Below are positions 10,268 to 18,931 of a stretch of 64,000 nt of DNA, one piece after another. The notes beneath the pieces were generated by a model. That model was not told the DNA's origin. It made no database searches and saw only the letters and a program-made list of their open reading frames with translations. The stretch covers positions 18,933-82,932 of the forward strand of contig CAZBWO010000011.1 in the NCBI GenBank assembly GCA_964495885.1. Direction: 5' to 3'. The stretch is from an uncultured Alteromonas sp. GTDB lineage: Bacteria; Bacteroidota; Bacteroidia; Flavobacteriales; Flavobacteriaceae. Within the stretch, counting starts at the first letter, position 1, and the number at the start of each line of letters is the position of its first letter. Position numbers and translations under genes: made by a program.

Positions 10268-11011
10268 CTATAATTCCTTGATTTTTATATTTCTAAACCA
10301 AACTTTATCGCCATGATCCTGAAGCCCTATGTGCCCAGTTTGGGAAACACCAAATCCTTCCCAATCCTTAAACTTTGAGTTGGCGACCATGGTGTCCCAC
10401 TCTTCACCATACACAGGGAAAGTGACGATTTTGGTTCCGTTAAGGGTCACGGTTCCTTGATTGGTTTCATGATTGATTTCAATCACGCAAAGGTTCCATT
10501 CTCCAGTAGGTTTTACAACAGAAAGATCACTCGGGGCAATCATGTCATACAATGAACCAGCTTTATGTGTGCCTTCCCCTACAAATGAATCTGGGTGTTT
10601 GGCGTCATCCAAAACTTGTATTTCGGGGCCCGTTTGAAAAATATAAGGATATGCTTCGTCTTCCTGTACCCCCCAAAAAATACCACTGTTTCCTCCCTCA
10701 GCAATTTTCCATTCCAAGGAAAGGATAAAATTAGTATACGTTTTTTTGGTTAGGATGTCATTGCCATGGGATTCCCCTGGAACGAACGCCATTGCTTCAT
10801 TTTCAATACGCCAGCCTGCAGGCATGCTATCTTTTTGGTAGCCACGCCAGTGGTCTAAGGAAGTTCCGTCAAAAAGGATTTCCCATTCTTGAGTATTTTC
10901 AGTTTCCGAAGTAGTGATTTCTGAATTTTCAGCAACTGGTTCTTGCGCTGTTTTTTCTTTGCAAGCTAAAAATGCAAAACCAAAAAGTAAGAGATAAATT
11001 GTTTTTTTCAT
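10268..11011 (-). CDS. DUF1080 (3-keto-disaccharide hydrolase family, PF06439-like) lipoprotein
   Basis: Lipobox MKKTIYLLLFGFAFLAC. ...ILFDGTSLDHWRGY... and C-terminal ...IGLQDHGDKVWFRNIKIKEL are the family's terminal motifs. Confidence 0.85.
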   Translation of the reverse strand: MKKTIYLLLFGFAFLACKEKTAQEPVAENSEITTSETENTQEWEILFDGTSLDHWRGYQKDSMPAGWRIENEAMAFVPGESHGNDILTKKTYTNFILSLEWKIAEGGNSGIFWGVQEDEAYPYIFQTGPEIQVLDDAKHPDSFVGEGTHKAGSLYDMIAPSDLSVVKPTGEWNLCVIEINHETNQGTVTLNGTKIVTFPVYGEEWDTMVANSKFKDWEGFGVSQTGHIGLQDHGDKVWFRNIKIKEL

Positions 11012-11020
11012 TGAGGTGTT

Positions 11021-11830
11021 TTATAGTTCCCTAACCCAAATATTTCGGTAGCTAACGCCACTTTGGTCTTGATGATCCTGAAGCTTAATGGGTGCAGGGC
11101 CATGTGCATCATTTTTAGGCCATCCTATATATTCTGTAGTGCCTTCCAACTCAAAGTGATCCTGAATTAGCACACCATTTAATAAGACGGTTAGCGTCGC
11201 CGATTTGGTTTTGTTGCCTTCGGAATCAAATTCTGGTGCATGGAAAATGATGTCATAGGTATTCCATTCTCCCGTGGGTTTTGCAGCCATGGCGAGTGGG
11301 ATGGATTGTTTATAGATTGACCCTACCATTCCATTTACATAAGTAGGATTATCATTATTATCCAATATCTGTACCTCATAGCGATTTTGGAGGAAGACGC
11401 CACTGTTGCTTCGGTTCTGATTAGTTTGTGTATTGTCTGGATTACTTCGCCATTCCAAATGTAATTGCACACTACCAAATGATTGTTTGGTTTGGATGTC
11501 CCCACTTTTATCCTTTACGGTCATACTTCCATCCCCGTTAAGAGTCCATGCTGCCTCTCCAGCTTCTTCTTTGGCACTTTCCCAAGCATCTAAATTAGAG
11601 CCATCAAAGAGTATGATTGCATCACTTGGGGCCCCATTTTGTTGGTTTGGATTTACTTTTGGGGGCACTGGCTCCCAAATTTCTGTTTCTTCTGGCTTGG
11701 TAGGTTCTTTCTGGGTCACGCTATCCATTTTTTGAGTAGGAGTTTCTGTTTTTTCCTCGGAAGTTTTGGTGCTGTCATTACATGCAAAAGATAACAAACC
11801 AGTAATTACTCCCATGACAAGATATTTCAT
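11021..11830 (-). CDS. DUF1080 (3-keto-disaccharide hydrolase family) lipoprotein, tandem paralog
   Basis: Lipobox MKYLVMGVITGLLSFAC followed by a T/E/K/P-rich linker. ...ILFDGSNLDAWES... and ...IKLQDHQDQSGVSYRNIWVREL. Confidence 0.85.
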   Translation of the reverse strand: MKYLVMGVITGLLSFACNDSTKTSEEKTETPTQKMDSVTQKEPTKPEETEIWEPVPPKVNPNQQNGAPSDAIILFDGSNLDAWESAKEEAGEAAWTLNGDGSMTVKDKSGDIQTKQSFGSVQLHLEWRSNPDNTQTNQNRSNSGVFLQNRYEVQILDNNDNPTYVNGMVGSIYKQSIPLAMAAKPTGEWNTYDIIFHAPEFDSEGNKTKSATLTVLLNGVLIQDHFELEGTTEYIGWPKNDAHGPAPIKLQDHQDQSGVSYRNIWVREL

Positions 11831-11840
11831 ATGGTTGTTT

Positions 11841-12896
11841 TTAGAGTCCTAATATTTTTCTGAGACGTTCTTTATCGATTTCCGCGCCTGCGAAATCATC
11901 AAAACGCTTTTGAGTGGCTTCAATGATATGTTTTTGAATAAATGGTGCTCCTTCACGCGCACCCTGTTCTGGGCTTTTAATCACACATTCCCATTCCATT
12001 ACGGCCCAGACATCGCAACCATATTCAGTAAGTTTACTAAAAATGGTTTTAAAATCTACCTGTCCGTCACCCGGTGAACGATAGCGTCCGGCCCGGTCCC
12101 GCCAATCTGAATATCCTCCAAAAGCCCCGCGTTTCCCATCTGGCAGGAATTCAGAGTCTTTTACGTGGAAAGACTTAATAAACTCGTGGTAATGGTCTAT
12201 ATATTCAATATAATCTAATTGTTGTAATACAAAGTGACTGGGGTCATAGAGGATGTTTACGGCTTTATGATTTCCGGTAGCTTCCAGAAAACGCTCAAAA
12301 GTAACCCCGTCATGGATATCTTCTCCGGGATGCACTTCATAGCATACGGCAACGCCATTTTCTTCAAATTCATTTAGCAGCGGAAGCCAACGTTTGGCCA
12401 ATTCTTCGAAGCCCATTTCCACTAGACCATCTGGACGTTGTGGCCAAGGATGGAAGGTATGCCAAAGTAAGGCTCCACTAAAAGTTGCGTGCGCTTTAAG
12501 TCCTAAATGTTTGCTAGCACGCGCAGCACTTAGGAGTTGGTTTCGGGCCCATTCGGTGCGTTTTTTAGGATTGTTTTTACAATCATCTGGCGCAAAATTG
12601 TCAAACATCAAATCATAAGCTGGATGTACCGCTACCAATTGCCCTTGTAGGTGGGTAGAGAGTTCGGTAATTTCAAGTCCGTAGCTATTGATAGTTCCTT
12701 TCAGTTCATCACAATAATCTTTGCTTTCCCCCGCAAGGGTTAAATCAATAAGCCTAGATTCCCAAGTAGGAATTTGAATTCCTTTATACCCAAGATCTGC
12801 AGCCCATTTACAAATACTTTCCAAGCTATTGAAAGGCGCTTTGTCATCCATAAATTGGGCTAGAAAAACTGCAGGTCCTTTAATGGTCTTCATCAT
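11841..12896 (-). CDS. Sugar phosphate isomerase/epimerase (xylose-isomerase-like TIM barrel), cytoplasmic
   Basis: 351 aa with no signal peptide. Family-like motifs are ...YKGIQIP..., ...CYEVHPGEDIHD..., ...FHVKDSEF... Confidence 0.8.
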   Translation of the reverse strand: MMKTIKGPAVFLAQFMDDKAPFNSLESICKWAADLGYKGIQIPTWESRLIDLTLAGESKDYCDELKGTINSYGLEITELSTHLQGQLVAVHPAYDLMFDNFAPDDCKNNPKKRTEWARNQLLSAARASKHLGLKAHATFSGALLWHTFHPWPQRPDGLVEMGFEELAKRWLPLLNEFEENGVAVCYEVHPGEDIHDGVTFERFLEATGNHKAVNILYDPSHFVLQQLDYIEYIDHYHEFIKSFHVKDSEFLPDGKRGAFGGYSDWRDRAGRYRSPGDGQVDFKTIFSKLTEYGCDVWAVMEWECVIKSPEQGAREGAPFIQKHIIEATQKRFDDFAGAEIDKERLRKILGL

Positions 12897-12906
12897 TTAG
12901 TTGCTT

Positions 12907-14040
12907 TTAAAGTTCTTTCCAAATGTTCCCTTCTTGGTGGGAGGCTACTGATGTTTCGATAAAGTGCATGCCTCTAACACCATCTTCCATAGAAGGGAAT
13001 TCGGCAGGATCATAATCTTGATTTCTAATTGCCTTTGCCATGCCTTTATAAATATTCCCCATGGCATCAAAAATCCCCTCTGGATGTCCTGGTGGGAGTT
13101 TGGTTCCCTCTAAAGAAAGTTCACTGTTATAGGCATGTCCTGGTTTCAAGGTTTTTAATGGCTGTCCTTCTTCTAAGTGATAAAGATAATTGGGATTTTC
13201 CTGTTCCCATTTCAATCCACCATTTTTTCCATAGATTGCTACGGTAAAATTGTTTTCTTCGGCGGTGGCAATTTGGCTGGCCCGAAGAACCCCTTTTGTA
13301 TTCCCGTTGAAACGCAGCAGGACGGTACCATCAATATCCATTACATTATCTTCGTACAGATAGTTGAGGTCTGCCAGAATGGAAGTTACTTTCATCCCAG
13401 AAACATATTCCAACATTTGGTAAGCATGTACGCCAATATCACCCATACAACAGCTAATCCCTGATTTTTTCGGATTGAGACGCCAGGTGGTTTTTCGTTG
13501 CTCTACATCATGAATGATGGGGTTGATCCATCCTTGGTAATATTGCACATCTATTTTTTGGATTTCCCCCAAAACGCCATTGGCAATCATCTTTTTCATT
13601 TGGCGTATCATTGGATAGCCGGTATAGGTATGGGTAAGGGCGAAAAGTGTATTGTTTTTTTGCTGAATGGATTGTAGTTCCAATGCTTCCGAATAGGTCA
13701 TGGTCATTGGTTTTTCACAGATCACATTAAACCCATTTTCAATCAGCTTTTTGGCCATGGGGAAGTGAAGGAAATTCGGTGTTAAAATCGAAAATACCTG
13801 AATACGCTCACTTTCAGGAAGTTTTAACTCTTCTTCCACCATGGTATCAAAATCCTTGTAAATACGATTGGTTGGAATTCCTATTTCTTTAGCAAACGCC
13901 ATGTTTGCTTCAAAGTCTGGGTTAAAAACAGCTCCTGTTAATTGATAGGCATCAAACATACTGGCGGCAACCCGGTGCAGCACCCCAATTAAGGAATCAC
14001 CTCCACCACCAAGTACACCCCAGCGAATTTTATTACTCAT
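12907..14040 (-). CDS. Gfo/Idh/MocA-family NAD(P)-dependent sugar oxidoreductase, cytoplasmic
   Basis: 377 aa. N-terminal Rossmann IRWGVLGGGGDSLIG and the ...VICEKPMT... (EKP) motif. Confidence 0.9.
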   Translation of the reverse strand: MSNKIRWGVLGGGGDSLIGVLHRVAASMFDAYQLTGAVFNPDFEANMAFAKEIGIPTNRIYKDFDTMVEEELKLPESERIQVFSILTPNFLHFPMAKKLIENGFNVICEKPMTMTYSEALELQSIQQKNNTLFALTHTYTGYPMIRQMKKMIANGVLGEIQKIDVQYYQGWINPIIHDVEQRKTTWRLNPKKSGISCCMGDIGVHAYQMLEYVSGMKVTSILADLNYLYEDNVMDIDGTVLLRFNGNTKGVLRASQIATAEENNFTVAIYGKNGGLKWEQENPNYLYHLEEGQPLKTLKPGHAYNSELSLEGTKLPPGHPEGIFDAMGNIYKGMAKAIRNQDYDPAEFPSMEDGVRGMHFIETSVASHQEGNIWKEL

Positions 14041-14045
14041 ATTGT

Positions 14046-15269
14046 TTATTCTTTATATTCTATTTTTTCGTTTTTAAACAACAATGCGAAAAGTACCAAT
14101 ACTCCTCCCGCAAATAAGGCTGGGAACGTCCAAATGGTTTTCCATCCATGTGCACCTCCATCTAATAAATTGGCATCGGTAACTTTTCCAGCAACATAGA
14201 AACCTATCAACATTCCAAGTCCATAAGTAGCCAAGGTAATCAGCCCTTGCGCCGCACTTTTTGCTTTTTCTCCAGCTTTGCTATCGGTATAAATTTGTCC
14301 GGAAACGAAGAAGAAATCATAGCAAATCCCATGAAGTAAAATTCCTATAATAATCATGAATACCAGTTCCCCAGTATCACCATACGCAAAGAGTAAATAC
14401 CGAATGGTCCAAGCCAACATCCCAGCAAGGATAGTGAGTTTGAAACCAAAACGCTTAAAGAAAAACGGCAATAATAGCATGAACAGAATTTCTGAAACCT
14501 GCCCTAACGATGCTTTCCCGGTTGAACCTTCCATGCCGATTTCAACAAGGAACGGACTTAAATTCTGATAATAAAATGCGAGTGGGATACAAATTAAAAT
14601 GGAAGCAAGGAAGAAGACTAAAAAGTTTCGGTCCTTCAGTAGTTTTAATGCATCAAGCCCTAAAATATCTGAAATACTAGAGGAAGTTCCTTTTGCTTTC
14701 GGAGGGGTTTTAGGTAAAGTGAAACTGAAAACCCCAAGTACTGCGGAAGCAACTGCCACCATTAGAAACGTATTGGATAAATCACCGGCTGCAATGCCTG
14801 CTTCAGAATCCCAAGCCATAAAACTAATGGTAACTCCTGCCACAATCCAACCAATGGTTCCCCATACCCGAATAAATGGAAAGGACTTAGCAGGATCTTT
14901 CATTTGATTGAACGAAACCGAATTCACCAAAGCCAATGTAGGCATATACGCAATCATATATCCTAAAACATAGGGGTAAAAAACATTGAAGTCGGTTGCT
15001 TTAGACATTTGGTACATTAAAAAAGCGCCAATAAGGTGAAGGATTCCCAAAATCCGTTCTGCATTAAAATAACGATCGGCAATAAGTCCAATAATAAACG
15101 GTGCAATTATAGCCCCCCATGATTGGGTAGAAAAAGCCATGGCTGTTTCTGCTCCAGAAGCAGATAGGTTATTGCCCAAAAAAGTTCCTAAAGTCACAAA
15201 CCATCCACCCCAAATAAAGAATTCGAGGAACATCATTATGGAAAGTCGAATATAATTAAGTGTTTTCAT
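14046..15269 (-). CDS. MFS permease of the NupG/XapB nucleoside:H+ symporter family
   Basis: 407 aa, about 12 TM. N-terminus ...IRLSIMMFLEFFIWGGWFVTLGTFL... is characteristic of the nucleoside-transporter MFS family. Confidence 0.8.
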   Translation of the reverse strand: MKTLNYIRLSIMMFLEFFIWGGWFVTLGTFLGNNLSASGAETAMAFSTQSWGAIIAPFIIGLIADRYFNAERILGILHLIGAFLMYQMSKATDFNVFYPYVLGYMIAYMPTLALVNSVSFNQMKDPAKSFPFIRVWGTIGWIVAGVTISFMAWDSEAGIAAGDLSNTFLMVAVASAVLGVFSFTLPKTPPKAKGTSSSISDILGLDALKLLKDRNFLVFFLASILICIPLAFYYQNLSPFLVEIGMEGSTGKASLGQVSEILFMLLLPFFFKRFGFKLTILAGMLAWTIRYLLFAYGDTGELVFMIIIGILLHGICYDFFFVSGQIYTDSKAGEKAKSAAQGLITLATYGLGMLIGFYVAGKVTDANLLDGGAHGWKTIWTFPALFAGGVLVLFALLFKNEKIEYKE

Positions 15270-15280
15270 AAGAGACAGTA

Positions 15281-16252
15281 TTATTGGTTAAGTGCTTTTA
15301 ATACTAACGCTTTGGTGGCAGCAATTCCTTCGGCAGGGGTTGCTTCCCCTTCAAATTCAATCCCGATGAAGCCTTCAAAGTCTGAAGCCTTCACAATATC
15401 CATCATTTTATAGAAATCGATTTTAGTTTCATCACCGTTCGCGTCAAATTCATAAGACTTAGCCGAAACGCCTTTTGCATAAGGCATAAGCATTTCGGTT
15501 CCTTTATACTTGTCATATTCTTCTACACAAGGAGCACCCCATCGGGCACCACCTTCACGCTTCAAACAGAAGTTTCCAAAATCAGGAAGGGTTCCTACGT
15601 TTTCCATGTCAACTCCCTCCATCACCCTAACTAATAATTCAGCATTACTTGAGAGCCCGCCGTGATTTTCTACAATAATATTTACATTTTTAGGGGCGGC
15701 ATATTCACATAGTGCTTTAAGGGAGCGTACAGAGTTTTTTACCCAGTCATCTGCATTTTCTTCCCCAAATAAATTTACACGAATAGAGTGGCACCCTAAA
15801 AAGGCCGCGGCGTCAATCCACTTTTTATGGTTTTCCACGGCTTGGTTGGTAATGGCCTCATCGTTAAAGGAAAGATCTCCTTCCCCATCAATCATAATTA
15901 ATAAGTTTTGCATTCCATGACGCTCACTGCGTACTTTGAGGGTGTCTAAAAGAACTTGGAGTTCTACTCCTTTCATGGGGTAGTTTACGTTTTCATTTAC
16001 GTACAGCTGACTTACATACTCAAGGCCTTCAAAGCCCATTTCACTTGCGGTTTTGGCAAAATCTGTAGGGTCTGCTTCCCCTGCAAAAATGTGTTTGTTT
16101 AATGACCATTGTGCTAAGGAAAGGGAATAGGACTTTTCTGGAATGGTATCTTCGGAAATTTCGGAAGTTGCTGTATTGTCTTCTTGTTTGGCCTGGTCCT
16201 TACAGGCGCCTAAGAGGAAGACCGCTAAAACTAGCAGGGCTAAATTTTTCAT
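15281..16252 (-). CDS. Xylose-isomerase-like TIM-barrel protein, lipoprotein (periplasm-facing)
   Basis: The track start 16258 is TTG. ATG 16252 gives MKNLALLVLAVFLLGAC (lipobox). ...CHSIRVNLFG..., ...IIVENHGG..., ...FIGIEFEG... are TIM-barrel isomerase-like motifs. Confidence 0.8.
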   Translation of the reverse strand: MKNLALLVLAVFLLGACKDQAKQEDNTATSEISEDTIPEKSYSLSLAQWSLNKHIFAGEADPTDFAKTASEMGFEGLEYVSQLYVNENVNYPMKGVELQVLLDTLKVRSERHGMQNLLIMIDGEGDLSFNDEAITNQAVENHKKWIDAAAFLGCHSIRVNLFGEENADDWVKNSVRSLKALCEYAAPKNVNIIVENHGGLSSNAELLVRVMEGVDMENVGTLPDFGNFCLKREGGARWGAPCVEEYDKYKGTEMLMPYAKGVSAKSYEFDANGDETKIDFYKMMDIVKASDFEGFIGIEFEGEATPAEGIAATKALVLKALNQ

Positions 16253-16367
16253 TGTCAAATTGATATGGTTAATTGAGAGAAATAGTTGGTCTGGTTTATT
16301 GGCTCTAAGATAAGCCTTTTTTGAAAGGAAACTAAAGGAATGACTTCATGATTGAGATTTTAATAGG

Positions 16368-16381
16368 CGAAAACGTTTTCG
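16368..16381. promoter_or_regulatory. Perfect 14-bp palindrome CGAAAACGTTTTCG, candidate LacI/GalR-type operator in a divergent promoter region
   Basis: Read directly from the sequence. It lies 116 bp upstream of the minus-strand operon start codon and 156 bp upstream of the GMC oxidoreductase ATG. 13 of 14 nt recur at 26740-26753. Confidence 0.5.
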
Positions 16382-16536
16382 ACTGACAATCTTCTTATTT
16401 TAAGGAGGGTTTTTTGTATAATCGAAAAAAATGGCGGAAATTAGTAGTTACATTACGTTTTTCTGGGAATTTTGAAATTTCAGATCCACAGAAATTCATT
16501 TGACCGAAATTTTCTTATTAACTGAATAACAAACAC

Positions 16537-18234
16537 ATGGCAAACCCTAATGAAATGTATGATGCCATCGTCGTGGGTTCTGGGATTAGCGGCGGTTGGG
16601 CTGCCAAGGAACTTTGCGAAGGTGGGTTAAAAACCTTGGTCTTGGAACGAGGCCGAATGGTAAAACACATTGAAGATTACCCTACCGCGAATATGGACCC
16701 TTGGGATTTTAAATTCAAAGGGCAACTTCCCGTTGAGGAAAAGAAAAAACAATTAAAACAATCCAGAACTGGATATACTACAGATGAATCGGCACGCCAT
16801 TGGTTTGTGAATGATCTTGTACACCCTTATAACGAGGTCAAAAGATTTGACTGGATTAGAGGATACCATGTAGGTGGAAGATCTATTATGTGGGGACGTC
16901 AAAGCTATCGTTTAAGTGATATTGATTTTGCCGCAAATAAGAATGAAGGTATTGCTGTAGATTGGCCCGTTCGTTATAAGGATATCGCACCATGGTATGA
17001 TAAAGTAGAGGAATTTATTGGGGTAAGTGGTGAAGCTCTAGGAATGGAAGTTCTACCTGATGGCGTTTTCTCTCCCCCAATGGAATTGAACTGTGCCGAA
17101 GAGGAATTTAAAAATACCCTAAAAGCGAATTATGATGACGGCAGGGTACTAACCATTGGCCGTGCAGCACATATTACAGGAGATAAAGCCCATGAAGGCC
17201 GATCTAATTGTCAATATAGAAACCGTTGTATGCGCGGTTGTCCGTTTGGCGCTTATTTTAGCAGCGTATCTTCTACCTTGCCTGCTGCCGAAAAAACTGG
17301 AAATATGACCCTAAGGCCAAATTCCATTGTACATGAAATCATGTATGATGAGGCAACAAAAAAAGCCACAGGGGTGAAAGTAATAGATGCTGAAACTGGT
17401 GAAAAAATGGAATTCAAAGCAAAGGTGGTTTTCCTTTGTGCGTCTGCCATTGCAACCGCAAGTATCTTAATGCAATCTAAAAGTGAACGCTTCCCGAACG
17501 GAATGGGGAATGACAGCGGGGAATTAGGATGTAATATCATGGACCACCATTTCAAAGCAGGGGCCATGGCAAAAGTAGATGCTTTCGAAGATAAATATTA
17601 TAAAGGAAGACGGCCTAATGGAATATACATTCCGCGTTTTAGAAATATTGGCGGAAAAACAGACATGCCTACCTTTAAAAGAGGATATGGCTATCAAGGA
17701 GGCGCAGGTCGCTCCAACTACGAAGAAGTCGTTGCTGAATTAGGCTACGGAAAAGCCCTCAAGGATGAAATCCAAAAACCCGGAAGCTGGAGTATGTTGT
17801 TGATGGGCTTTGGAGAGTGTCTTCCATACCACGATAATAAAATGACCTTGGATTACGACAAGTTGGATAAGTGGGGATTACCTACAATTACCTTTGACGT
17901 TGAGTGGAAGGAAAACGAGTATGCAATGCGTAAAGACATGGTACAACAAGCCATGGAAATGTTAGAAAAAGCAGGGTATAAGGATATTCGTCCGTGGGAT
18001 GATCCTGGAGCTCCAGGTTTGGGAATTCACGAAATGGGAACTGCACGTATGGGGAATGATCCAAAAACTTCTGTTTGCAACAAGAATAACCAGTTACATG
18101 CAGTATCAAACGTATACTGCACCGATGGATCCTTTATGACTTCGGCTAGCTGTGTGAACCCTTCACTAACGTATATGGCATTTACAGCAAGAGCTGCTAA
18201 ACATGCCATTGATCAACTTAAAAACGAAGCATAA
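16537..18234 (+). CDS. GMC-family FAD-dependent oxidoreductase (large subunit of a glucoside/gluconate-dehydrogenase-type complex)
   Basis: 565 aa. FAD fold YDAIVVGSGISGGWAAKEL sits at the extreme N-terminus with no signal peptide. The C-terminal ...GTARMG... motif region is GMC-like. The stop overlaps the next ATG (TAATG). Confidence 0.9.
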   Translation: MANPNEMYDAIVVGSGISGGWAAKELCEGGLKTLVLERGRMVKHIEDYPTANMDPWDFKFKGQLPVEEKKKQLKQSRTGYTTDESARHWFVNDLVHPYNEVKRFDWIRGYHVGGRSIMWGRQSYRLSDIDFAANKNEGIAVDWPVRYKDIAPWYDKVEEFIGVSGEALGMEVLPDGVFSPPMELNCAEEEFKNTLKANYDDGRVLTIGRAAHITGDKAHEGRSNCQYRNRCMRGCPFGAYFSSVSSTLPAAEKTGNMTLRPNSIVHEIMYDEATKKATGVKVIDAETGEKMEFKAKVVFLCASAIATASILMQSKSERFPNGMGNDSGELGCNIMDHHFKAGAMAKVDAFEDKYYKGRRPNGIYIPRFRNIGGKTDMPTFKRGYGYQGGAGRSNYEEVVAELGYGKALKDEIQKPGSWSMLLMGFGECLPYHDNKMTLDYDKLDKWGLPTITFDVEWKENEYAMRKDMVQQAMEMLEKAGYKDIRPWDDPGAPGLGIHEMGTARMGNDPKTSVCNKNNQLHAVSNVYCTDGSFMTSASCVNPSLTYMAFTARAAKHAIDQLKNEA

Positions 18235-18923
18235 TGGATAGAAGACAAGCATTACGAAACATAGGATGGGGAGCTGGTGCCTTAGTGGCAACTCCTACCA
18301 TCATTAGTATATTACAGAGTTGTGAGAACAAGCCAACCTTTGTCCCTGTTTTTCTTTCAGCTGCCCAAGGACATGCCCTTAAGAGTATGGTAGATTTAAT
18401 TATTCCAAATGATGAAGCTGTACCAGGTGCTGTTGCAGTAGGGGTACACGAATTTATTGATTCTTATTGGGATCAAGTGCTTCCTTCAGATGAAAGTCAA
18501 TTGAAAGACGAATTTATGGATTCCTCTCCTACGCAAGAAAAGCAATTTGTAAAAGATGCCTTTGCAACCTTTGAAAATAGTTTTAAGACTACATTCAACA
18601 AAGAATTGGCAGATGGAACCCCTGAAGAGTTTGACCAACTTTTAGCGAAATATCTTCGTAGCAGTAAGGAAGAACAAATGGCTTATGGAAAGAAGATGGC
18701 AGAGTATTTGATGGCATTGGAGAAAGATCCTGCTACTGCTAGTTTTGATGAAGACGCTCAACTATTTTATTTGCTTTCCTCTATTCGAGGGTTAACCACT
18801 TGGGGATGGAAAACCAGCGAACAAATTGGTGAAAATGTACTATGGTACGATCCAGTTCCTGGTCAGCAGAAAGGATGTATTCCTTTGGAAGAAGCTGGAA
18901 ACGGTAAAGTGATGTCATTATAA
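18234..18923 (+). CDS. Gluconate 2-dehydrogenase subunit-3-family small subunit with twin-arginine signal
   Basis: 229 aa. Tat motif MDRRQALRNIGWGAGALVA. Translationally coupled to the GMC gene. Confidence 0.8.
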   Translation: MDRRQALRNIGWGAGALVATPTIISILQSCENKPTFVPVFLSAAQGHALKSMVDLIIPNDEAVPGAVAVGVHEFIDSYWDQVLPSDESQLKDEFMDSSPTQEKQFVKDAFATFENSFKTTFNKELADGTPEEFDQLLAKYLRSSKEEQMAYGKKMAEYLMALEKDPATASFDEDAQLFYLLSSIRGLTTWGWKTSEQIGENVLWYDPVPGQQKGCIPLEEAGNGKVMSL

Positions 18924-18931
18924 TATAAACT

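Noticed and set aside
16461-16485. GAATTTTGAAATTTC near-palindrome upstream of the GMC gene
   Set aside because: It is not a true inverted repeat when reverse-complemented. It is an A/T-rich low-complexity sequence.
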